Below are positions 9,092-18,013 of a stretch of 33,807 bases of DNA, one piece after another. Both the position numbers and the translations under genes were made by a program. Positions within the stretch are counted from its first letter, which is position 1. Each line of letters opens with the position of its first letter. The stretch lies in assembly GCA_037924335.1 (NCBI GenBank), contig JAXSMZ010000015.1, positions 1 to 33,807 on the forward strand, written 5' to 3'. The notes beneath the pieces are model-generated. The model worked only from the letters and a program-made list of their open reading frames with translations, did not search any database and was not told where the DNA came from. This DNA is from Aquificaceae bacterium (GTDB taxonomy: Bacteria > Aquificota > Aquificia > Aquificales > Aquificaceae).

Positions 9092-9390
9092 CTGAGCATC
9101 TCTTCCATCTGCTCCTTCATCTTGGGATTTTTCTCCAACACTTTCTTCATAGTTTCCCTGTGCTGAAGCATCATGTTCATCATATTCTCCATGAACTTTG
9201 GATTCTCCATGAGCATATCCATCATCTGCTCCCTGCATCTTTGCATATGTTCCATCATCATCTTCTGCATCTCCGGGTCCCCCATCATCATCATGGGCAT
9301 CATCATAGGGACCTGCTGCGCATCATGCTTATGCTGAGCATAAGCAAAGGAAAAGACCAAAAGTACTGCCAAAGCTAAAAACTTTCTCAT
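9088..9390 (-). CDS. Secreted methionine-rich small protein, putative Cu(I)/Ag(I) binder
   Basis: 18-aa signal peptide ending AYA; 25 Met in 82 mature residues; GGAGGT SD before the ATG at 9390. Confidence 0.8.
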   Translation of the reverse strand: MRKFLALAVLLVFSFAYAQHKHDAQQVPMMMPMMMMGDPEMQKMMMEHMQRCREQMMDMLMENPKFMENMMNMMLQHRETMKKVLEKNPKMKEQMEEMLR

Positions 9391-9405
9391 GACTAACACC
9401 TCCTT

Positions 9406-10773
9406 TTAATGGTGTTCATGTGCCTTTGCCTCTTCACCGTACAACCCTTTTATCTGAGCTTCAGAATCCAGCAGGAAGTTCCCCTTCACTACAACCCTTT
9501 CACCCTCTTTTAGACCATCAAGCACCTGATAGTACCCCTGAGCTTTCCTTCCAAGCCTTACATTTCTTGGTTCATACAGCCCTGGCTGTATCTCCACAAA
9601 GACTACCTTTCTCTTTCCAGTGTCCACGACAGCATCCTCTGGAACTGTTAAGACCTCACCAAGGTCTTTTTCAAAGTATACATTAACCATCTGGTTTACC
9701 TTCAACCTCACATCCCTGTTTGCCAAGCTGACCCTTGCCTTTACAGTCCTTGACATTCTGTCCGCCTCCGGAAATACGTAATCTACCCTTCCTATAAGGC
9801 TGTCCTCTTCTCCCACTGGGCTTACTATAACTTCCATTCCTTTTCTCAAAACTCCGGCGTACTCTTGGGGAACTTCGGCTATGACCCAAACTCTTGAAAT
9901 GTCTGCTATCTTGTAGGCTATATCTCCAGCCTTTAAAAAACCCCCATCGTATGTTCCTCTTTCCAATATGACACCATCGTAAGGTGAACGAACAACATCA
10001 CCGGACTTTAGGAAAGAAAGTTTTTCCAAGACAGCCCTCTCTAGGTCTTTCCTCCCTAACTCCTTAGAGAGCCTTAGCTCCTCCTTTGCTATGTTTACAT
10101 CTGGACTTAGAACTCTCATGAGCGGTGTTCCTCTCTTTATAAGCTCCCCTTCAAACCTTCCAAAGGTGTCCAAGACCCATCCATCGCTTCTTAATGTAAT
10201 TTGATGGACTCTTGACAGGTCATAGGAGACATACCCCACAGTAGAGAAGCTTTCTACGATGTCCCCTTTTTTTACCATGTCTGTCTGAATACCTATAAGC
10301 TGTAGCTTGTTTGGGTCTATAGCTATCTTATCTTTTTTGGCTTGGACTTTTCCTTCGGCCGTAAAGGGTACGGATATGTCCCTTTTTATCACCTTTCCAT
10401 CCAGACCTAAAACTATCTGCCAAGAACCAGCCATACTTATGCTGACATCTACCGAATATGCTCCCGGGGAAACCTCCTTTATGCTTGCATCTTCCCTCAT
10501 CTCACCCATGCCTGGCATGGGTGGCATGTAAAAGTAGAGCTCTTTCAACCTCTTTGCTGGCTTTATGAGAACGTAGATGCTGTTTTTCCCCACATCCAGC
10601 TTACCAACCTTTGAGTATAGGTCTATTCTCATTCCTTCCTCTGAAAAGGAAAGTATATGTTTGTAGCCCGAAGGTATCTGTTCAACCTTTGACCTTTTCC
10701 CTAGATAATAAAGAGCGCCAGAGACCAAAAGGATAAAGAAGAAAAGGGCCCCAATCCACGCGTACTTTTTCAT
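9406..10773 (-). CDS. cusB: CusB-like RND periplasmic adaptor with an N-terminal YtkA/FixH-like domain
   Basis: N-terminal TM; MPPMPGMGEM...PGAY...MAGSWQ domain; adaptor core RSPYDGV, VPEDAVVDTG, GNFLLDSEA; HEHH tail. Confidence 0.85.
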   Translation of the reverse strand: MKKYAWIGALFFFILLVSGALYYLGKRSKVEQIPSGYKHILSFSEEGMRIDLYSKVGKLDVGKNSIYVLIKPAKRLKELYFYMPPMPGMGEMREDASIKEVSPGAYSVDVSISMAGSWQIVLGLDGKVIKRDISVPFTAEGKVQAKKDKIAIDPNKLQLIGIQTDMVKKGDIVESFSTVGYVSYDLSRVHQITLRSDGWVLDTFGRFEGELIKRGTPLMRVLSPDVNIAKEELRLSKELGRKDLERAVLEKLSFLKSGDVVRSPYDGVILERGTYDGGFLKAGDIAYKIADISRVWVIAEVPQEYAGVLRKGMEVIVSPVGEEDSLIGRVDYVFPEADRMSRTVKARVSLANRDVRLKVNQMVNVYFEKDLGEVLTVPEDAVVDTGKRKVVFVEIQPGLYEPRNVRLGRKAQGYYQVLDGLKEGERVVVKGNFLLDSEAQIKGLYGEEAKAHEHH

Positions 10774-11945
10774 CTAAGGACCTCCACCTGTGGGGGTATA
10801 CTCTTTATAGATAGCTCTGTATCAAGCCTGCTTAGCTCTAACTCCCAGACTTCCCTGTAGAGCCTCAAAAGGTCTCTAAAATCTGCTTTTTGGTATCTGT
10901 AGGCAAGCTCAAGAGCCTTAAGCTCATTTCCCTTTTCCTTTATTAGGTTATCTATCCATTTCAAAATTTCCAACTGCCTTTCGTACTCTATCCTCAGGCT
11001 GTTTAGAACCTTTCTAAGCTCCAACCTTGTGTTTTCAACCTCCCATCTTTTTGCCATTATTTCCTCTTGCTTTTCTAAAACAAGGAGGTCTTCCTTTCTC
11101 TTTTTCCAGATGGGTAAGCTCACACCTACCCTAAGGCTAAACATATCTGTCATAGAAGGCCTTATCATGTACTCCACCATGAACTCAACGTCTGGTAGGT
11201 ACTCAACCTTTCTCCTTTCAAGCTCGGCGTTTAGCTTTTCAATCTGGGCCTTCAGCCTTCTTATGTAAGGGCTCTCTTCCAAGTTCACTGTGGGTAAACT
11301 TTCCTCGTAGAAAGGTGGGCTTTCCTCCTTTAGGTCAAAGCTTTTCCCAACAAGGTAATCTATATCTTCCTTTATTTTTCCTCTTTCCAGTTTTACGCTC
11401 TCCATCTCCTTTTCTACCTTTATGCCTTCCCCCTTTACAAAGAGAAGGTCCGATAGGTTTACCCTTCCATACTTGTAATTTTCCTGTGCTATCTTGTACA
11501 GATTTTCTATCTCCTGCTTTATACTTTTCAGAAGGTTTTCCTTTTTGAAAGTATAAACCCATTCTATGTACTTGACCTTTATATCCCTCACAATCTCTTT
11601 TTTGAACAGAGCCTCATCCTCAGAAAGAACAAGCTTCTCTTGGGCATAAACCTCTGCCTCTTTGCTCCTTTTTACAGGAAGTGGGTACATCTGAGATACA
11701 CCTATGCTCAGACTGCTCATAGGTTCTCTTGGAGTTGGATAGGGTCTGTTTATTGGTATGTTTGTCAGACCGGCAAAGAAGGTAGGGTTTGGAAGGGAAA
11801 GATAATACTTCTCTCTGTAATCTGCAGAAGTTTTTAAATTTTCATAAAGCCTAATCTTCGGGGAATTCTCAAGAGCATAGAGTATAAGGTCCTCTAACTG
11901 TCCTCCCCAGGATACGCTGACAAGCACAAAAAAGAGAAGAAGCAT
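10770..11945 (-). CDS. TolC/CusC-family outer-membrane efflux channel
   Basis: Signal peptide, ALENSP, two OEP-like helical repeats (LPNP / YLPD...VSLPIW); first gene of the efflux operon. Confidence 0.85.
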   Translation of the reverse strand: MLLLFFVLVSVSWGGQLEDLILYALENSPKIRLYENLKTSADYREKYYLSLPNPTFFAGLTNIPINRPYPTPREPMSSLSIGVSQMYPLPVKRSKEAEVYAQEKLVLSEDEALFKKEIVRDIKVKYIEWVYTFKKENLLKSIKQEIENLYKIAQENYKYGRVNLSDLLFVKGEGIKVEKEMESVKLERGKIKEDIDYLVGKSFDLKEESPPFYEESLPTVNLEESPYIRRLKAQIEKLNAELERRKVEYLPDVEFMVEYMIRPSMTDMFSLRVGVSLPIWKKRKEDLLVLEKQEEIMAKRWEVENTRLELRKVLNSLRIEYERQLEILKWIDNLIKEKGNELKALELAYRYQKADFRDLLRLYREVWELELSRLDTELSIKSIPPQVEVLR

Positions 11946-11951
11946 AAGGCT

Positions 11952-11980
11952 ATGATACTTTCCCTTTGATGTTATTTCAA
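11952..11980 (-). promoter_or_regulatory. Sigma70 promoter of the copper operon, probably leaderless
   Basis: TTGAAA (11980-11975), 17 nt, TATCAT (11957-11952), 6 nt, ATG; no SD. Confidence 0.6.
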
Positions 11981-11984
11981 TCTC

Positions 11985-12254
11985 TTAATTTAAGTTATTT
12001 TTATAGACAAAGAGGGTGGTCTTTTTGTTAATTTTATCCTCCCTAAGAACGCATACATGGGTGACTTCCTCTCTCATAGAATAGTAAACCTCTCCAAGAG
12101 TCCTGTTTATATAGTAAATCCTACAACCATTATGCTCTTCCTCCGAAAACTCCCTAATATCTTTTAACACAAGCTCCAAGTCAGCCCCTCTATAACCGTA
12201 CACAAGCCCAAGTATAAAGGCAAGAGCTTTGTTTTCTGTACCTATCTTCCTCAT
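11985..12254 (-). CDS. Hypothetical protein
   Basis: 89-aa ORF with an ATGA overlap on the ftsZ stop. Confidence 0.7.
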   Translation of the reverse strand: MRKIGTENKALAFILGLVYGYRGADLELVLKDIREFSEEEHNGCRIYYINRTLGEVYYSMREEVTHVCVLREDKINKKTTLFVYKNNLN

Positions 12255-13333
12255 ATCTTCCTTTTTCTTCTCAAGTAAGCCGGGATATCTTCCACCTCCG
12301 GCTGAATGGGTTCTATTATGGTATCTGGTATGACCTTCTTAAATTCCTTGGCATCAGACTTCTTGACAACTTTAAACTGGTAATGAGACTGAACATTCTC
12401 AAAGTCTGTTGCCACAACTGCAACACGCATGAAGTTATCCTTAGACTCTTCAAGCACAGCTCCAAATATGATAAGGGCATCTTCATGGACAGATTCCCTT
12501 ATCCTCCCTATAACATCTTCCACATCTCTGAAGGGAACATCCTCGCTCACCCATAAGGTTATGAGCAGTCTCCTTGCCCCTTCCACAGTGTTACCCTCAA
12601 GCAAGGGGCTTGAGATAGCTTGGTCTATGGCATACTCCCTCTTTGTATCTCCCCTTCCTTCTCCCATACCTATAAGAGCCAATCCTCCTTTTTCCATAAC
12701 AGTCTTCACATCTGCAAAGTCTACGTTTATCAGGGCAGGAGTTACCACTATGCTGGTTATGCCCCTTACAGCTTTTGAAAGAACGTCATCAACCAACTTA
12801 AAAGCATCCTTTATGCTGAAGTTCCTGTCAGCCATTTCAGCAAGCTTCTGATTGTTCACGACTATGTATGTATCAACAGCTTCCTTAAGCTTTTCTAATC
12901 CTTCAGTGGCCACCTGCATCCTCTTTGGTCCTTCAAAGTGGAAAGGCTTGGTGACTATGGCAACAGTCAAGATGCCCATCTCCTTAGCCATCTCTGCTAT
13001 AATTGGAGCAGCACCCGTTCCCGTACCCCCTCCAAGACCAACGGCCAGAAATAGCATATCCGTGTTTCTCAGGATCTCCTTTATCTTATCAGAATCTTCA
13101 AGGGCTGCCTGTTCACCTATCTCAGGCCTTGCACCAGCTCCAAGCCCTTTGGTGACCTTTTCTCCTATCTGTATCTTATTAGGTACAGAGAGAGAAGTAA
13201 GGTGCTGTATATCCGTGTTTATGACAAAAAGGTCCACACCGTCTATCCCATCCACATGCATACGGTTCACAGCGTTTGAACCACCCCCTCCTATACCAAA
13301 CACCTTGATCCTTGTCGGATTTAAGTTTTCCAT
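12251..13333 (-). CDS. ftsZ: Cell division protein FtsZ
   Basis: GIGGGGSNA, GGGTGTG, NVDFAD, C-terminal DIPAYLR; GGAGGT SD before the ATG at 13333. Confidence 0.97.
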   Translation of the reverse strand: MENLNPTRIKVFGIGGGGSNAVNRMHVDGIDGVDLFVINTDIQHLTSLSVPNKIQIGEKVTKGLGAGARPEIGEQAALEDSDKIKEILRNTDMLFLAVGLGGGTGTGAAPIIAEMAKEMGILTVAIVTKPFHFEGPKRMQVATEGLEKLKEAVDTYIVVNNQKLAEMADRNFSIKDAFKLVDDVLSKAVRGITSIVVTPALINVDFADVKTVMEKGGLALIGMGEGRGDTKREYAIDQAISSPLLEGNTVEGARRLLITLWVSEDVPFRDVEDVIGRIRESVHEDALIIFGAVLEESKDNFMRVAVVATDFENVQSHYQFKVVKKSDAKEFKKVIPDTIIEPIQPEVEDIPAYLRRKRKI

Positions 13334-13343
13334 ACTCCACCTC

Positions 13344-14594
13344 CTATATAACATCCTTGAAGAAGGATTTTATCTTGTTAATGATGGATTGTACATCTAC
13401 TTTCTCTCTATTTTTTTCTGCTTGGCTCTGGAGCACACCCTTGGGGCTTAAAAGAAGTTCCTGCTGGGAAAGCTTAAGAAGCCCTATAGCGGTTGCATAG
13501 GATGGGTCTTGGACCTTCTCTTTTAAGCCAATGACGCCCATGGGGAAGCCTATCCTTGCTGGAAGGTCAAAGTACCTTTCTAAGAATTCTTTTATACCCT
13601 TGAGCTTGGCACATCCCCCGGTGACAACTATGCCAGCGTTTACAGAATCAAGGTTAATACCATGGGAGTTTATCATATCCCTTACCTTATCCATGATCTC
13701 CTCGAGCCTTATCTGTATAACCTCGGACAGTTGCTTTCTGCTTATCATGACTTCTCTATCCTCTCCTCTTGGTTTTATTTTAATCCTTTCCGTATCACTG
13801 ACAAGCTCTGCCATAGCAAAACCATGTTCTATCTTTATCTGTTCCGATTGTTCATTGTTTATCTTCATAAAGTGTGCTATATCTTTCGTTATGTTGGCTC
13901 CGCCCATGGCCACACTACCCGTTATACTGGGGTAGCCCTCAATGAAAAGGATAAAGTCCGTAAGCCCGGCCCCTATATCTATTAAAAGTACGCCCTCTTC
14001 CTTTTCTTCGTTGGTAAGGGTAGCCTCCGAGGAAGCCAAAGATGATAGAAACTTCTTCGATATCTTAAGCCCGCTTGAGTTTATCGCCTTTTCAAGATTC
14101 CTCAGCATACTGCCACCCACCTTTGCCACGTGCACTTCTGCAGAAAGTCTTGAACCGAGCAACCCCACTGGGTCTATTACCCCTTCTTGGTCATCCAAGA
14201 TGAACTTCCTTGATATAGCGCTTATTATCTCATAACCATCTTCCTTTGCCCTTGTTAAGGCCCTCTCTATCAATCTGTCTATATGAGACTGTTCTATCTC
14301 CATAGGTTGTGGAGATATGCTTATTGTATCCCTTTCGTTCTGACTTTTTACACTTGGACCAGACACCCCAATTACAACGCTATCTATATGAACTCCAGAC
14401 ATTTCCTGAGCTTCCTTAACAGAAGTGAGTATAGAACTTACTGCGAGGTCAAGCCTTGTTATGTACCCTCTATCTATCCCCCTAGAAGGTGCTTCCCCTA
14501 TGCCTATCACATGAATGTCCCCATAGCTGTCTATCTCACCAACAAGCGTTGTTGTTTTGCTCGTACCAATGTCCAATGAGGTTATCACTCTCAT
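13344..14594 (-). CDS. ftsA: Cell division protein FtsA
   Basis: LDIGTSK, IDIGAG, VTGGCA, YATAIGL, amphipathic C-terminus. Start is 14594 or 14606. Confidence 0.95.
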   Translation of the reverse strand: MRVITSLDIGTSKTTTLVGEIDSYGDIHVIGIGEAPSRGIDRGYITRLDLAVSSILTSVKEAQEMSGVHIDSVVIGVSGPSVKSQNERDTISISPQPMEIEQSHIDRLIERALTRAKEDGYEIISAISRKFILDDQEGVIDPVGLLGSRLSAEVHVAKVGGSMLRNLEKAINSSGLKISKKFLSSLASSEATLTNEEKEEGVLLIDIGAGLTDFILFIEGYPSITGSVAMGGANITKDIAHFMKINNEQSEQIKIEHGFAMAELVSDTERIKIKPRGEDREVMISRKQLSEVIQIRLEEIMDKVRDMINSHGINLDSVNAGIVVTGGCAKLKGIKEFLERYFDLPARIGFPMGVIGLKEKVQDPSYATAIGLLKLSQQELLLSPKGVLQSQAEKNREKVDVQSIINKIKSFFKDVI

Positions 14595-14595
14595 T

Positions 14596-15306
14596 TCACT
14601 CCTCATCCCTTACTATAGCCATCCTCTCTGACGTTAAATTTATCTCCTTTGCCTCCATATTGTATATTTTTTTAAGCATTTCTAATGTTTTATTGTCCAA
14701 TTGGGCAAGGAATGGTAATAGAATTTTCTTTCCACCTTTGGTATAGATAACAGTGCTTGTTTCTGTAACATAAAATCTGTCTATGTCTTTGAAGGTGTCT
14801 ATCATAAATTTTAACTTATCAAACTCTTTCTTTATTAAGTCTACATCGTTGGTATACACGTATGGTTGTTTAATTTCATGAAACTTGGAACCAAAAGGTA
14901 CACCCTTTTCATCAAAGAACACAGAACCTTTGCTGAGAAAAACAGTCAAAAAGGGTTTTCTTTCTTCAACGTGCATAACAAGAACAACCCCATCCTTGCC
15001 AAACACCCTCCTTATTTTAACATCTTCTACCGAGTTGTTTGTGAGCGTGTTTAAAACGGACAGAAGTTTTTTTTCGTTTATAAAGAGCCAGTTGTTCTTA
15101 AATTCACCAACGGCGTGCGCAAAGACGTAATTTGGTATGTTTACACTTCCCCTTACCTCTATGCCTTTTACCTTAAAGTACTGTAAGCTGTCTATAAAAG
15201 TGGGCATAAAAAAGCCAGCAAGAGCCATAGAAGAGATCCATATCAATGTGAGCATGTAGCTCAAGTTCTTACGTTCTCTCCCTGCATCTATCCCCTTTTT
15301 GTTCAT
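14596..15306 (-). CDS. ftsQ: Cell division protein FtsQ/DivIB-like
   Basis: Single TM, POTRA-like segment, VEERKP; lies between ddl and ftsA. Confidence 0.75.
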   Translation of the reverse strand: MNKKGIDAGRERKNLSYMLTLIWISSMALAGFFMPTFIDSLQYFKVKGIEVRGSVNIPNYVFAHAVGEFKNNWLFINEKKLLSVLNTLTNNSVEDVKIRRVFGKDGVVLVMHVEERKPFLTVFLSKGSVFFDEKGVPFGSKFHEIKQPYVYTNDVDLIKKEFDKLKFMIDTFKDIDRFYVTETSTVIYTKGGKKILLPFLAQLDNKTLEMLKKIYNMEAKEINLTSERMAIVRDEE

Positions 15307-15309
15307 TGT

Positions 15310-16179
15310 TCAATAGTATAATAACATATCCACAAATTGCTTAAAGTCTATACCTTTTTTCTTGCATGCCATTGGGAAAAGGCTAAGCTCCGTCATTCCT
15401 GGTATGGTGTTGGCTTCAAGAGTGTAAGGCGTGCCATCCTTCGATACTCTAAAGTCTATCCTTGAGATGTCCTTAAGCTCTAAACATCTATGTACCATAA
15501 GGGCTGTCTCCTGGAGCTTCTTTGTCAGCTCTTCATCATCAAGGAACACATATTGGGACATACCCTTTGTGTACTTACTCTCGTAGTCATAAATGCCCTT
15601 TTTGGGGAGTATCTCTATGGGTGGAAGTGGCTCATCCATGAGCACTCCAACAGTTATATCCCTACCCTCTATGTACTCTTCTACAAGAACCTTTTTGGAT
15701 ATGAAGAGTACTTTCTTTACAGCCTCCTCAAGCTCCTCCTCATCCTTAGCCAGGAAGAGTCCAACGCTCGAACCTTGGTCTGCAGGCTTTACAACCGCTG
15801 GGAATACGCTCCAGTTTGGCTTTTGACCTTCCCTTACACATATCCATTTAGGAACTTTAATACCATGAAAGGTAAGGACCTTCTTTGTTATCTCTTTATC
15901 CATAGCTATGGCACTTCCCAAAACTCCAGAGCCAACGTAAGAGATGCCAAGTATCTCTAAAAGTCCCTGCACCTTTCCATCCTCTCCGTATGTTCCATGA
16001 AGAGCAATAAAAACCTTGTCTGGTTTGATCTCCAAAAGCTTACAGCAGATGTTCTCATCAAGGTCCAAAGGTATAGCCTCGTGTCCAAGCTCCCTCAGAG
16101 CATTTAGGACAGCCTCTCCGGACCTTAGGGATACTTCTCTCTCCTTGGACTTACCCCCCATAAGTACTACAACTTTCAA
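15310..16179 (-). CDS. ddl: D-alanine--D-alanine ligase
   Basis: GGKSKEREVSL, LHGTYGEDG, GSSVG, YDYESKY, EANTIPGMT. Confidence 0.95.
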   Translation of the reverse strand: MKVVVLMGGKSKEREVSLRSGEAVLNALRELGHEAIPLDLDENICCKLLEIKPDKVFIALHGTYGEDGKVQGLLEILGISYVGSGVLGSAIAMDKEITKKVLTFHGIKVPKWICVREGQKPNWSVFPAVVKPADQGSSVGLFLAKDEEELEEAVKKVLFISKKVLVEEYIEGRDITVGVLMDEPLPPIEILPKKGIYDYESKYTKGMSQYVFLDDEELTKKLQETALMVHRCLELKDISRIDFRVSKDGTPYTLEANTIPGMTELSLFPMACKKKGIDFKQFVDMLLYY

Positions 16180-17029
16180 CTAACCTTACCTCCTCTTCCA
16201 GGTTTATACCAAACTCTTCGTAAACCCTTCTTTTAGCCTCACTGGTAAGTTTAATCACATCTTTAAACTTTCCATTACCAAGGTTTACAAGAAAGTTAGC
16301 ATGAACGTCAGAAAAAGCTACATCTCCAACTCTATAACCCTTCATGTTGACCTTTTCAAGAAGTCTACCTGCATGGTCTCCCTTTGGGTTTTTAAAAGTG
16401 GAGCCACAGGTGAACATGTTTATAGGCTGTGTCCCTTTCCTCTTCTCTTTTATGTACGTATACTCTTCCATTACGTTTAAAGGGCTTAGGTTAAACTCAA
16501 ACTCAGCCCTTAGAACTATACCCATCTCTGGAAAAGGCGAGCTCCTGTAAGAGAAGTCCAAATCTTCCTTTTCAAGCTCTTGTATCTCACCATCCCATTT
16601 TACAAAGAGAACTCTTTTTAAGTTCTTAGATGTTTCATATCCAAAAGCCCCAGCGTTCATTGCAACGGCTCCACCTACAGTTGCCGGGAAACCGGCGAGT
16701 TTGTATATACCATCAAGGTTGAGCTCAAGGCTTATCTTTATGAGTTCAGAGAGAAAAACACCACACTCCGCAATTACATGACAGTTCCTTTCTCTACAAG
16801 ATACCTCAAGCCCTTTTAATTTTCTCATGTTGATTACTACACCCTTGTAGTCCCCAAATATGGTGTTAGAACCACGCCCAAGAACAAAGAGAGGTAGACC
16901 CTTATATTTAGCTTCCTCAATGACCATAGAGACATCCTTATAATTCTCTGGAAAGTACATAAAGCTTGCTAAACCACCTATTCTCACGCTTGTATAGGGA
17001 GCTAATGGTACATTTCTCTCTACTTCCAT
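16151..17029 (-). CDS. murB: UDP-N-acetylenolpyruvoylglucosamine reductase
   Basis: RIGG, GRGSN, MNAGAFG, FSYRSS, GSTFKNP, HANFLVN, LEEEV. Confidence 0.95.
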   Translation of the reverse strand: MEVERNVPLAPYTSVRIGGLASFMYFPENYKDVSMVIEEAKYKGLPLFVLGRGSNTIFGDYKGVVINMRKLKGLEVSCRERNCHVIAECGVFLSELIKISLELNLDGIYKLAGFPATVGGAVAMNAGAFGYETSKNLKRVLFVKWDGEIQELEKEDLDFSYRSSPFPEMGIVLRAEFEFNLSPLNVMEEYTYIKEKRKGTQPINMFTCGSTFKNPKGDHAGRLLEKVNMKGYRVGDVAFSDVHANFLVNLGNGKFKDVIKLTSEAKRRVYEEFGINLEEEVRLVESCSTYGG

Positions 17030-17054
17030 CAATAGAATATATTAAAATAGTTCC

Positions 17055-17348
17055 ATGAGTTTTTTGGCTTTTGTTCTACCACTTATAGTGATCTCCTGCG
17101 CTCCTATAAACAGTAAACTTGACCCTGCTACCAAAGAAATATACAGAAGCGGTTTTAAAGGAGAGAGAGATTTCAAGGTGATGCTGAAAGACACGAGCTG
17201 TAAAGATAGGATAAAAAAAGATTATAAAGTAAAAGTTGATGCTGGAAGGATACTTGTTTTGAGACTCACCAATGCTGAACTTGAAAGGCTCTTAAAAGAC
17301 GATTGCATACTTTATATAGAGATAGAGAAAAAGTTAGAGCCAAAATGA
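17055..17348 (+). CDS. Small lipoprotein, possibly with a subtilase propeptide (I9)-like fold
   Basis: Hydrophobic leader with lipobox-like VISC; ATGA overlap with rpe. Confidence 0.7.
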   Translation: MSFLAFVLPLIVISCAPINSKLDPATKEIYRSGFKGERDFKVMLKDTSCKDRIKKDYKVKVDAGRILVLRLTNAELERLLKDDCILYIEIEKKLEPK

Positions 17349-18013
17349 AACTCTTAGCTCCTTCTATACTTTCTGCAGACTTTTGGAAGCTTGGGGAAGA
17401 GCTACAAGCCGTTATGATGGGCGGTGCAGACCTTATACACTTTGATGTAATGGATGGGCACTTTGTCCCTAACATAACTTTTGGACCCGTGCTTCTGGAA
17501 AGTATAAAAGAGAGATGCAGTTTACCCTTGGATGCACACCTTATGATAGAAAACACCGATAGGTACATTCCGGAGTTCGTAAGAGCGGGGGCAGATTGGA
17601 TAAGCGTTCACATTGAAAACAATCACCATATACACAGAACCGTTGAGCTTATAAAGAGCCTTGGAGCAAAGGCTGGCGTTGTTATAAACCCAGGAACACC
17701 AATAAGCTTTATAGAAGAGATCTTGTACTATGTGGATTACGTGCTTCTCATGTCCGTGAACCCTGGCTTTGGCGGCCAAAGGTTCATACCCAGGTCCACA
17801 GAAAGGCTAAAAAAGTTAAGACAAATGATAAATTCTATAAATCCTAACATCCTCATAGAGGTGGATGGTGGTGTAAAGGAAGATAACATACTGGAGCTGG
17901 CAAAGGCTGGAGCGGATGTTTTTGTTATAGGGTCTGGTATCTTTAGCCATCCCAGCGTAGAAGAGCAGACAAGAAAGCTCAAAAATATCCTCATCTCTTC
18001 AGAGGCAGTGTAA
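17345..18013 (+). CDS. rpe: Ribulose-phosphate 3-epimerase
   Basis: APSILSADF, HFDVMDGHFVPN, DAHLM, MSVNPGFGGQ, EVDGG. Confidence 0.97.
   Translation: MKLLAPSILSADFWKLGEELQAVMMGGADLIHFDVMDGHFVPNITFGPVLLESIKERCSLPLDAHLMIENTDRYIPEFVRAGADWISVHIENNHHIHRTVELIKSLGAKAGVVINPGTPISFIEEILYYVDYVLLMSVNPGFGGQRFIPRSTERLKKLRQMINSINPNILIEVDGGVKEDNILELAKAGADVFVIGSGIFSHPSVEEQTRKLKNILISSEAV

Noticed and set aside
9092..9238. 49-aa His/acidic N-terminal extension of the 8768..9238 ORF
   Set aside because: It is an alternate-frame read of the Met-rich gene; the ATGA-coupled start at 9091 is more plausible.
9160..9378. His-rich 72-aa plus-strand ORF that looks like a metal-binding protein
   Set aside because: The CAT codons are simply the reverse complement of the ATG runs in the Met-rich gene.
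11966..11980. FNR/DNR box at the copper promoter
   Set aside because: It reads TTGAT-N5-TTCAA, with wrong spacing and a mismatch versus TTGAT-N4-ATCAA.
3076..11984. Copper operon as a mobile island
   Set aside because: I saw no integrase, transposase, tRNA or flanking direct repeats, and composition looks like the neighbouring genes.
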